64,000 nt of DNA from the human T2T-CHM13v2.0 reference genome, Homo sapiens, in assembly GCF_009914755.1 (NCBI RefSeq), contig NC_060925.1. One strand, 5' to 3'. The position numbers were made by a program, and so were the translations under genes. Below, piece by piece: positions 39,901 to 51,407 of this stretch (positions within the stretch are counted from its first letter, which is position 1; each line of letters starts with the position of its first letter). The notes beneath the pieces are model-generated. The model worked only from the letters and a program-made list of their open reading frames with translations, was not told where the DNA came from and did no database searches.

Positions 39901-41165
39901 TACAAAAATCAAATCATAATCAAGACTTAAATTTAAGACGTCAAACTATAAAACTACTACAAGAAAACATTGAGGAAAATCTGTAGGACATTTGTTGGGC
40001 AAAGATTTCTCTAGCAGTAACATCCCACAAGCGCAGGCAACCAAAGCAAATGTGGACAAATGGGATCACAGAAAGTCAAAATGCTTCTGCACAGCAAAGG
40101 ATGCAATCAACAAACTAAAGAGACAACCCACAGAATGGGAGAAAATATTTGCAAACTACCCACTGACAAAGGGTTAATAATCAGAATACATAAGAAGCTC
40201 AAACACCCCTATAGGAAAAAATTTAATAATCTGATCAAAAGATGGGCAAAAGATTTCAATAGATATTTCTCAGAAGAAGACATACAAATGGCAGACAGGT
40301 ATATGAAAAGGTGTTCATCAGAGAAATGCAGATCAAACAGGCATATGAAAAGGTGCTTATCAGAGAAATGCAGATCAAAACTGCAATGAGATATCATCTC
40401 ACCCCAGTTAAAATGGCTCATATCCAAAAGTCAGGCAATAACAAATGTTGGTGAGGATGTGGAGAAAAGGGAGCCTTTGTACACTGTTGGTGGGAGTGTC
40501 AATTGCTACAACCACTATGAACAACAGTTTGGAGTTTCCTCAAAAAAACAAAAATTGAGCTACAATATGATCCAGCAATCCTGTTGCTGAGTATATACCC
40601 AAAAGAAAGAAAATCAGTATATCAAAGAGATATCTGCACACCTATGTTTGTTGCAGCTGTCTACAATAGCTAAGATGTGGAAGTCACCTAAATGTCCATC
40701 AACAGACGAATGGATTAAGAAAATGTGGTACATATATATAATGGAGTACTATTCACCCATAGAAAAGAATGAGATCCTGTCATTTGCAACAACATGGATG
40801 GAACTGGAGATCATTATGTTAAGTAAAATAAGTAAGGCACAGAAAGGCAAATTATAGCATGCTCTCACTTAATTTTAGATGTGGAATCTAAAAAATTCCA
40901 GCACATAGAAGCAGAGTGCAGGATTGTGGTTACCTGGAGCTGGGGACTGTGGGGAATGGGCAATGGTGGTAAGAGGATATAATGCTTCAGCTAGACAGGA
41001 AGGATAAATAATAAGTATTTGAGGTGATAGATATGTTAATTAGCTTGATTCAATTATTCCATAATGTGTATATATGTGTATACTACATATATGGTAGCAA
41101 CAATTTTATATTGTATACAATTGTAATTTGTCATTATCTGACAAAAATAAATAAAAATTTAAAAA
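36971..41165 (+). mobile_element. L1MA-like element, most of ORF2 through the 3' UTR, disabled
   Basis: A series of ORF2 fragments in the ORF track ([36 protein letters not shown]-like [22 protein letters not shown]). Confidence 0.92.
38524..38896 (+). mobile_element. L1PA 3'-end fragment nested in the L1MA
   Basis: Perfect 16-bp TSD aaaaaactgggtatag at 38508-38523 and 38897-38912. Confidence 0.93.
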
Positions 41166-43299
41166 GGATAGTGTTAAACTTTGCACTATAACAATAGCTT
41201 AAAACATGAAAAAATTATATAATTGAATGTTGATAAGTCATGTTTACATTATTAAAAAGCAGTGATGTGCAGAGAAAATAACTTCTGGCTCATGTCTGGT
41301 TTGCATTAGATACAAGTTGAATTAACCTGTATTTTCCTTACCATGGAATATCCAGATTTATTGGGTGAACATGGTAAAGACTGAAAAAGTTGCCTTGGGA
41401 TAAGAAGTAAAGGATAAAATAAATCACATAAATTTTGTGTATTTCTGCAAAGTGAAACATAATATGAATAAAATAATTGGAAACGGTGCCATTTTCATTT
41501 TAGTTGAGGAGCAGACAATTCTAAAGACATAATTTTCAAAACTATGATCATGAAGCTGCTTCCAAAATAAAGAAAATAGTAAAACTTGTGGATTTGCCTA
41601 AATCAGAGTCTTAGAAATCTGTCTTTTGAGAATTCAGGGTGAAGACACAAGCTATGTGTACAAGGCACTTAAACAAATTATACCAGCTTTCCATTTAGGA
41701 GAAGAAAACTGAAAACCCAGGGCCATGATCTCCATATAGATGGAGAATTTACATATTTATTAAGATAATCAAATTGTGGAATAAATGGCTTGCTTCCAGT
41801 GATTAAAAATTATCTGCAATATTTTGACCATATTTTTTACGAATTGCAGTGAAGAATTATAAAATATTATTTGACCACTCTATAAATAGCATCTAAACAG
41901 ATATAATCTTTAATACACTATAGGACATGAATAACCTCCTCCAAATTAGTTTTCCAGGATCTCTAAACAGAATATTTCAAACTTCAGGCTTATGATTTAA
42001 AAATTTTAATTCATTTTGCAACTAATGAACTGGAAATAAGAGTCTTCATTGTGAAGCATCTCCATATTTCTAGGTTTCTGATCAATCAGAAGGACAGAAC
42101 TCTCTGGAAAAGTCATTAATACTTTTTCTCATGTCCAACAATCCATACATTTAGGTAAGAGTTTTCTAACTTAGTAAGAAAAATACGCAGGTCTTATTTA
42201 GCTTAGCCCATTCCTGTGAAGCAAGTTGTAGGTACTCTGGTGAAGAAATAATATACTTCTCACTGATACAAAAGCCATTACTATTGGAGTTTCACGATGT
42301 AAGATTGCATGCCAAAAGCACAGATCTTGATAAAGATTAGACAAAAGCAATGTGACATGGGGGCCCTGGGAAAGGAGAATGAGGAGTTCAAGTGACAGTT
42401 TATAGTTCCAGGTAGGACAGAGCAAACACATTTCACCTGGTGGGAAAAGATAAAGCAGCTACCTGAGAATTCTAGGAAATATACAGTAGCAGGTAGATCA
42501 AAGTCCAAAATTTGAAATACTATCAAACCTGTGGTAAGTTTACTATTTTTTTCCTCTTGTCTTCAGGTGACTTAACCTATGATGCAGGCCCAATCATGGA
42601 AGAGCATCTTTATGTAAATCCAAAATTATTCTAAAATAAGAAGTTTATATAAGGACTTTAGCATTTAGAAAGATGGAGTTGAAGTACTGTTTCTTTTTCC
42701 TCCTGCCAAGTTCAATTAAAATCCTTGGACACTGTATATAAAACAAGCATAGGAAGATTCTGGAAGGTGAAGGGAATAAGGCAGACCAGCTAGGGACTGG
42801 CTTGTTGTTTTCTTCCTCCTGTATAGGAAGGAGGTCTAGCCTAGGTCTTGGAAAATCTCACAGTCCAGAAATGCTGAAGGGCACAGATCTAAAGAAAAAG
42901 CCCCTATAACACCCAAGTCTCTCCAGTCAAAGGACACGAAAAGGGAAGGCAGGCAAGACAGAAACTTCTAGACAATACCTTCTCCACTCCAGCCAAACAC
43001 CACAGAAAAGACAGAGTCCTACCTCTAGTCCCACCAGAAACATTAAAATGGGGAGCCTGGGCATCCACTCTTACCTGATTTTGCCTCTCCCGCCCCTTGA
43101 TGGGCTGGAGTCAGCAGAAGCCTGCTGGAGAGTTATCGTTGCCACAGCCCAACGATAACAAGCCCATCCACTATGGTGTCACTGGAATTACGTGGAAGCA
43201 GTAACACAGCACATTTGCCCATTGCATCCACAGTGATATCCCGCAGAGAGCTGGAAATCCCACCCTGCCAACAGCAATGAGGAGTCCTTTCTCCTCATG

Positions 43300-43580
43300 T
43301 AGGAGTCAAAGAGGTGGTGTTTGGAGGGAGCAACACCACTTTGATATTGGGGTGAAGATAAGATATTGGGGTGAGAAATAAGAGGATGTGCAGGAGTGTT
43401 ATTCGCAGCAAGCAAGATCTTGAAAGGTATATTATTCCCCAAACAGTACTTCTCCATTTTGTTGGCATAGCAATTCAGAAGGGCACTTTGGAAGAGGAGC
43501 TGGGTCATTCGTGACTTCTTAGTGCTCCTGTAGAACACAGGCGGTTCGTGCTTGTTGATGTGACTGAAGGCCCTAGAGTT
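43300..43580 (-). mobile_element. Tigger (pogo-family) transposase DDE-domain fragment
   Basis: Peptide MTQLLFQSALLNCYANKMEKYCLGNNIPFKILLAANNTPAHP resembles the Tigger LLxxDNAPxHP motif. Confidence 0.75.
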
Positions 43581-43589
43581 CTCACTGTG

Positions 43590-44520
43590 CCAGATCACAG
43601 GGGCCATCCTGGCACTGAGTGGGCCTGTGGCCTGTGTCCACAGGGAACACCCTGCAGGTTGGGTCCATGGGTACCAGCCTGGTGCTTGTGGCCACGGGGG
43701 AAACTGGCCTGCAGTTGGTGGGCTTAGAGCCTGTATCTGTAGGGCCAGCCTGGATACTGGGTCTGCTGGTGTTGGAATGGTGCCCAAGGCCATGGTGGAC
43801 GGCCTGGTGCTGTGGTCTTCAGGTGCCAATCTGGCACTGGAGTAGGCCTGAAGCCTGGGGTTATAGGGTTGGGTCTGGCACTGAAACAGTCTGGGTCCTG
43901 TGGTCACTGGGGCTGCCCTAGTGGTGGAGCAAGTGATGGAGAACCTCAGGCAGGTCTGGAGTCTGTGTCTACGGGGGCTTCCTTGGCACAGGAATGGGCC
44001 TGGAGGCTGGGTGCATGGGTGCTGACATGGTGATTTGACGTGTTGGGTTAGCCTGTTTACGAGGCAGGCCTAAAGACTATGGTTGTGGGAGCTGGCCTAG
44101 TGCAGGGGGATCTCTGGAGCCCGGGGCTTCTGAGGCTGACCTGGCAGTAGAGCAAGCTTGGGGACTGTGTTTGCAAGGCAGCCTGGAGCCTGGTGATGCA
44201 GGGGCTAGCATGGTGCTGGGTTTTACTGGGGTAAGCCTGGTGTTGGGGTCTGAGGCAAAGCTTGGTGCTCACTTTCCTTTGCCCACACAGAGGTTATCTC
44301 TCTCCATACATTACTGCTTGGCATTGGGAATGAGGCGATGTGGGTAAGATGACACTGTCCTTCCTATCCTCTTCATTGCATGTTTTAAAATTTCTGTGCT
44401 GCAATATCTCATCTGGTTTTCTTAGTTCTTGTGAAGGTCCTTTTGGGCATGAATAATTGTTTGAACTGATGTTTCTGTGAGCAGATGAGAGTTGGAAAGT
44501 CCTATTCCACCATCCTGCCA
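43590..44520 (-). mobile_element. Old L1M 5' region (GC-rich degenerate tandem array), probable
   Basis: Recurrent 'gggccagcctgg/ggagcctg' units; ends in 'cctattccaccatcctgc', resembling an L1 5' terminus. Confidence 0.55.
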
Positions 44521-44595
44521 GTGCCATTTGTAGAAATAATTTCTTCAACAACAAAAGAAAAAACCAAAACAAAAAAATTTTAAAAGTGGAGAATT

Positions 44596-44870
44596 CTGTA
44601 ATCTCAGAACTTTGGGAGTTCGAGGTGGGGCGGATCACCTGAGGTCGGGAGTTTGAGACAAGCCTGATCAACATGGAGAAACCCCATCTCTACTAAAAAT
44701 ACAAAATTAGCCTGGCGTGGTGGCGGGCACCTGTAGTCCCAGCTACTCGGGAAGCTGAGGCAGGAGAATGGCGTGAACCCGGGAGGAGCTTGCAAGTGAG
44801 TGGAGATCATGCCACTGCACTCCAGCCTGGGCGACAGAGAGAGACTCCGTCTCAAAAAAAAAAAAAAAAA
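44596..44870 (+). mobile_element. Alu with an AluSp-like left arm and an AluY-like right arm
   Basis: See findings. TSD aaa(a/g)gtggagaatt at 44582 and 44868. Confidence 0.9.
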
Positions 44871-45241
44871 GGTGGAGAATTAATAGAAAAACAACATTGA
44901 AATTAGTAAGTTCTATTTGTCAAAACACTATAAAGAGAAATATAAAACTACAAACTTGAAAAATATCTACAACTAATTTCATCAATAAAGACTTAGTATC
45001 CATAATGAAAAATAATTCCTGCATACTAATAAAAATAAACTCAATTTTAAATGAGGAAATATTTGAATAGCATTCCACAAAAGAAGCAATCCAGTGACCA
45101 CTCAATCCATGTAGGCGTGAGGAATGACATGAAATGAGACAGAGGATTGGAGCATTCAAGCATATGGGCCAAGTCAATAAATTTTACCTTTAATACCAAA
45201 GAAATGCAGAGAAAGGTCTTAAGACAAGGGTGACAGGTTAG

Positions 45242-45515
<274 letters not shown>

Positions 45516-45759
45516 GATTAGCTTTGTGTTTAAAATTTGCCATTCATATACAAAATTGACTTGGGATAGAAAGGGCTATGAAAAGGCACAAATATACCTA
45601 TTTGGGAAGAATATTAGGATAAAAATATTAAGAATGAAAATCTAGTTCCAGAATCTCTGGTTGGGTTTATACCTATTGTCCAAGCATAAGTATCGATCGT
45701 TTCTTCTTTCACTCTCAGCACAAGCGCTCTATCTAATCGAGCCTCTGGGCGTGTGGAAG

Positions 45760-45960
45760 GTTATATTATGCAATTAATTCGCATTCTTTTATCCCACATC
45801 ACAGAAAAGAATATTTCTCCTTGTTGCTAGTCACTGAATTAATCAAAGCTCTGCTTTTCTTTTTGCTCGCCAAGGACATATTTACAAGAAATCTTGTCTC
45901 CAGAGACCTCCGAATTATAAAGAGTTTCTCTCATTAGGATCTCACTTATTAATCACCATT
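45760..45960 (+). promoter_or_regulatory. Candidate OR promoter for OR14L1 (homeodomain and O/E-like motifs)
   Basis: caattaatt ~45771, TCTCcaGAGA 45897-45906, TATAAA 45916-45921 and CTCATTA 45930-45936, about 250-400 bp before ATG 46188. Confidence 0.35.
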
Positions 45961-46187
45961 TCATTACAAATATTGAATCACAGCTAAATGGAAACCAGAT
46001 GTGGCACTCATCAAGTTTATATTTTTGAATCAGGGAGAAGATAAAGACATTTGCAGTTGCAACTTGGAGGCTACAGCCACATTGTTAGATTAGGGCATTT
46101 TTCAATTTTATCTGATATGTTCAGGTAAACCAAGGCTCCTTCTCAAAGAAACAGAAGTTTGAAATTTTGAATGACTGGAGTTGCTCA

Positions 46188-46224
46188 ATGGCCCAGTTCA
46201 ACAAAAATCAGCTCATAGCATGCA
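46188..46224 (+). CDS. OR14L1: Predicted first coding exon of OR14L1 (MAQFNKNQLIAC plus 1 nt)
   Basis: ATG GCC...TGC A|GTAAGT (consensus donor 46225-46230), phase 1, matching the phase-1 acceptor at 48464. Confidence 0.65.
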
Positions 46225-46469
46225 GTAAGTTCAATACCATAAGTGGAAAATAAAACCATAAATAATGTTATATTATTTTTCAATTAATAGATTGCACTGA
46301 TATATTTCCATACCATCTTCTTATCTGATTTATAGATTAAGCACAACACATTTTAGAATACACAGTTATTTCTTTTTTTGGGGTGATAGCAGTTCTGGAT
46401 CTGGGCATGAGCAATGCACATCCATGAAAGCAGGTAAAAGAAAAGAGGGAGTAGTATAATACGAGTTTT

Positions 46470-46515
46470 GATGTGTGGTGAATTGGATGAGTCTATATTT
46501 CCTTTCAGTGGTGAA

Positions 46516-46555
<40 letters not shown>

Positions 46556-46647
46556 TCTCGATGTATGGTGGGATTGGATGAGTCTATATTTCTTTTCAGT
46601 GGTGAAAGTTCTGTATGTGTGTGTGTTGTGTGTGTGTGTGTTCGATG
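46470..46647. repeat. ~90-bp tandem duplication, each unit ending in a (GT)n tract
   Basis: 'gatgt.tggtg..attggatgagtctatatttc.tttcagtggtgaaag' occurs at ~46470 and ~46560. Confidence 0.9.
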
Positions 46648-48463
46648 AAAAGGATGTGCACATTTAAACATGTTTGCATTGACTGAATTTTAAAAAATTC
46701 ATAATAAAAGAGTCAATTCCAATGCCTGTCAATGCATAATAGTTCTCACTTTAGAGTCCTTGATATTTCTCTTCCTGATTAGTGTCACCACATCATTCCT
46801 TTAAACATTTTGATAAAAGAGATATCAATTAATGGTGCCCTGGTAAACTGTAATCAGAATAGATTCCCAAGATGAAGTTGGTTCTTTTACTTGGTCACAA
46901 GAAGCATTTTTCTTTCTATTTGGTTGTACCTGTCCCTTTAACAACCAGCTATTTAGGCGATCAATGTCAGAAAACTAGAACAAATAGAAACACATTTTCC
47001 AGTAGAGAGACATTCAGTTGACTCCATTTTGGTTTTCTTTCTCGGTTTAACTTTTGATTTACCCAAGAAAGACCAGGAAATCAGTGATTGCCTAGAGTGA
47101 AAACTGCTAGAAGAAGAGATTATATACAAAGAAGGATAAGGAATATTTTGGATATGATGAAAATAGTCTGCCCTGGTTGTGGTGGTGGTTTCATAGGCAT
47201 ATACAACTGCGAAAACTCCTAGAATTGCATACTTTAAATTGATACAGTTTACCCTACATAAATTCCAGCTACATTATTTGATATGGGTGAAAATCCATTT
47301 CAGAGTTTGGCTTAAACACTATAGAAGTCTGGGAATGAGGACTCCCATTTTACTGGACTAGACCAATCCAAAGCAAAATTAAAAAAAAAATAAAGTGAGT
47401 CGCAGATGCTAGGAAAGATCATTGTAGAAATTGCTCAATATTTTTAGGTGTCTTGAATACATAATTGATATTCTTTTTCTTTGAATCTCAACATTGAAGA
47501 CAGATTCTGAAGACCAGCAAAAAGACTAGACTGATGTAAATACACATTTCCTAGCTAATCCATACCCATATCCTAAGCATACGATAAATACTTCTGTACC
47601 TCTGCCTTTTCCTATGTGGCTTTCTTCAAAAATATCAGTCTAAAAATCATTCAGTAAAATAGTTCTCAAAACCTAGCTCAGACACTGTTCTCTGCAACTC
47701 TTCTATAACAACACAAAATAAGACCAATCTCTTTTCTCGATACATCCACTATTACCCTTTCTCAACATGCCTGCTATTGTTTATAATACCAGATTCCACT
47801 TAGTATTTTACCTCCCTACGTTCTCTATTTGATTGTTTAAGTTTTGAATTCAAGAACTGTTTCTTATGAAATCTTTTACTATAAGAGCCAACCATTGTGC
47901 TTTTTACGTGAGGTGTTTACCAAATGTCTCCTGATACTTTTTTGAAAGGCTGTGACTATAACCTCACTAAATAGTTATGACATAAGGAGCCTTTTTTTCA
48001 GATTACTAATACCACTTTGATTTTATTTTCATAAAACTGAAAAGAACTATGACAAACCACTTGCAATGCTGTTCTTTAACACATAACGAGCAAATAAAAT
48101 GCTTCAAAATAAATATGTATATTCAGTTGATGGGAATAACACTCATTTTTTGTCCAAGTATGCACACTTTATTCTTTTGTTAATACTATATATTTTCTTT
48201 GTTGATTATGTCAGTGAGGTTATTCATTCTCCCTTTTTATTTTGCATTTTGGTTGTCGTCTTTTATACACCTCACATACTATGATGTATTTATTGAGAAT
48301 ATGCTTTGTATAAAGCACTATTCTGTGTAATTGAGATTTAGGGTTAGAACGATAGTATCCATGCTGCATATGAGTAACCTTATAATTAATTATCACAAAT
48401 TGAAATATCACTGGGGGTAGCCATATTTGATATTTCTATAATCCATTTTTTTTCTCTCTTTAG

Positions 48464-49404
48464 GAAGAAATGGAACGACCACAAGTGATTTTAACCAAAC
48501 TGAAGTTGCTGAATTTTTCCTCATGGGATTTTCGAATTCCTGGGATATTCAGATTGTACATGCTGCTCTATTCTTCCTAGTTTACCTGGCAGCTGTCATA
48601 GGAAATCTCCTAATCATCATACTTACCACTCTGGATGTTCACCTCCAAACCCCAATGTATTTCTTTTTGAGAAACTTGTCTTTCTTAGATTTTTGTTACA
48701 TCTCTGTCACAATTCCAAAATCTATTGTTAGTTCCTTGACTCATGATACTTCCATTTCTTTCTTTGGGTGTGCTCTGCAAGCCTTCTTTTTCATGGACTT
48801 GGCAACTACGGAGGTAGCCATCCTTACAGTGATGTCCTATGACCGCTATATGGCCATCTGCCGGCCTTTACATTATGAGGTCATCATAAACCAAGGTGTC
48901 TGTCTGAGGATGATGGCCATGTCGTGGCTCAGTGGGGTGATCTGTGGATTCATGCATGTGATAGCAACATTCTCATTACCATTCTGTGGGCGCAATAGAA
49001 TACGTCAATTTTTCTGTAATATTCCACAGCTCCTAAGCCTCTTAGACCCCAAAGTAATTACCATTGAGATTGGAGTCATGGTTTTTGGTACAAGTCTTGT
49101 GATAATCTCCTTTGTTGTAATTACTCTCTCCTACATGTACATTTTTTCTGTCATCATGAGGATTCCTTCTAAGGAGGGTAGATCAAAAACATTTTCTACC
49201 TGCATTCCACATCTTGTGGTTGTAACACTCTTTATGATATCTGGCAGCATTGCCTATGTGAAGCCAATTTCAAATTCTCCCCCCGTTCTGGATGTTTTCC
49301 TGTCTGCGTTCTACACAGTCGTGCCCCCGACCCTGAACCCCGTCATCTATAGTCTGAGGAATAGGGACATGAAGGCAGCCCTGAGAAGGCAGTGTGGTCC
49401 CTGA
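48464..49404 (+). CDS. OR14L1: Olfactory receptor family 14 (OR14L1, historically OR14L1P) main coding exon
   Basis: Acceptor 'tttttttctctctttag' ends at 48463. The frame is open from there: RNGTTTSDFNQTEVAEFFLMGFS...LQTPMYFFL...MSYDRYMAICRPLHY...KTFSTCIPHL...PPTLNPVIYSLRN. Confidence 0.85.
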
Positions 49405-49418
49405 GAAGGCAGTGTGGT
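49379..49418. repeat. Perfect 20-bp tandem duplication spanning the OR14L1 stop codon
   Basis: ccctgagaaggcagtgtggt x2. Confidence 0.97.
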
Positions 49419-50239
49419 ATGCTAGATGAAGAATTTGATTACGGACCAGACTCTTGAACTCTTGCTCTAATCAGGCAATTTGTAAACTCTCTGGGCTTAT
49501 ATTTTCAATTGATTGCTGAGCTCTTTCTTGATTTTTAAATTAAATTCAGCTATAGTTTACCATACTAACCATATTTGGGTGAATTCAACCTTAGAATGCA
49601 CTAAAAGGTACTTCGGGGTGTTCAAAACATTAGAACTTGTGCTTTTATTCATTTTTATGAGTTGTAGATCTCAAAATTTTATAAATTATATTGTACTCAG
49701 TAATACAACATATTAATTAATATAAAAGTGAATTACTAATATAAATGAATTACTACCGTATGTGTATATTAATTACAGCAGAACAAGATCATATGGATTA
49801 AAAACAACCAAATGGAAAATAAACATAAGGTAACAGTGTGTGCTCAGAATTTCTTCAGCATTATAAAGGATGGTCAAATAGGCTAGAGACCAGTGTTCTG
49901 GGAGCATATCTATTGGGTGAGATGAAATATATGCAATAATATCACAAACTATAAAGGTTCACATATGTTTATGGTGCTGTGTATAGGAAGGTTCACAGAG
50001 GAGAAATGTCATTTTCATTAAACACAATATTATGTTAAGCTAACTAAAATCTTCTTCCATTTTTCCTCTGCATAGGAAAGTATGAACTGAAAGTTATTAT
50101 GCATTATTCCCAGAGTGCTTTTATGTGTATTCTATCTATATAAATATTCATCTATAAAATGCATAGCATCATTTTATAAATTAATACTTAAACTATAATA
50201 TAAATAGCATCCTACCTTAGTTATCCTTTTTAAAGTCCT

Positions 50240-50898
50240 TTAAATTGTATTTTTAGTTGACAAATAAAAATAATTATATATGCCTATGGGGTAAAAGTGA
50301 TGTTTTAATACATGTTTGCAATGTGGAATGATTAAATCAGGCAATGTAATATATCACCTGAAACATTTGTCATTCATTTGTGGTGACATTGTTTAAAATC
50401 CTCTTTTAACTGTTTTGAAACACACAATACATTGGTATGAACTAGATTAATCTTGCTGTGCAATAGATCACCAGAGCTTATCCTTCCTGTCTAACTGGAA
50501 CTCTGTGCTCTCCGACCAACATTTCCCCTTTACCAGTCTACCATCACCCTTGCCTCCATCTTCTGGTCAGCACCATTCTACTCTGTATTTTTATGAGTTT
50601 GACTTTTTCAGATTCCACATATAAGTGAGATCCTGTGGTATTTGTCTCTCTGTGACTGGCTTATTTCACGTAACATGATGTCCTCTCTAGGTTCATCCAT
50701 ATTGTCACCAATGACAGAATTTCATGTTTTTTTTCAAGGCTGAATAGTATTCCATTGTGTGTGTATACTACATTTTAAAAATCCATTTGTCCACGGTGGA
50801 CACTTAGATTGATTCCATATTTCGGCTATTGTAATGCCGCAATGCACATGGAAATACAGACATGCCTTTGACCTACTGATTCCAGTTCTTTGGATAGA
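50240..50898 (-). mobile_element. L1MA-like 3' end
   Basis: 'ttttagttgacaaataaaaa...cagattccacatataagtgagatc...ggctgaatagtattccattgtg'. Confidence 0.85.
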
Positions 50899-50900
50899 TG

Positions 50901-51407
50901 CAAGCGTACCTCATTGTATTGCACTTCATTTGCTGAATTTCACAAATATTGCATTTTTTATAAATCAAAGGTTTTTGGTAACTTTGCATTGGGCAAGTCT
51001 ATTGGCACCATTTTTCTGACAGCGTGTGCTCACTTCACGTCTGTGTGTCACCTTTTAGTGATTCTCACAATATTTCAAACTTTTTCATTATTGTTATGTC
51101 TGTTTTGGTGATCTGTGATCAGTGATGTTCAATGTTACTATTGTATTTGTTTCGGGGAGCCATGAACTGTTCTCATATAAGATGATAAACTTAATAAGTG
51201 TGTGTGTTCTGACTCTCCGTTGACTGGCTGTGTCTCCATCTTTTTTTCCTCTCCTTAGGCCTTGCAATTTCCTTAGACACAACAATATGAAAATTAGGTC
51301 GATCAATAATCCTACAAGGCCTCTGAATTTTCAAGTGAAAGGAAGAGTTGCCCGTCTCTCACTTTAAATCGAAAGCTAGAAACTATTAAGCTTAGGGAGG
51401 AAGGTAT
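50901..51407 (+). mobile_element. Tigger1 5' fragment
   Basis: 'cgtacctcattgtattgcacttc...gggcaagtctattggcaccatttt...tcaagtgaaaggaagagt...attaagcttagggaggaagg'. Confidence 0.85.

Noticed and set aside
36150-41165. Twin-priming inversion at ~36970
   Set aside because: Both the minus and plus segments carry separate 3' UTRs, so independent elements are the simpler explanation.
43188-43907. 239-aa minus-strand ORF
   Set aside because: A chance read-through of a GC-rich old L1 5' array into a Tigger transposase fragment whose catalytic-motif Asp appears lost (AANNTPAHP). No promoter or splice support.
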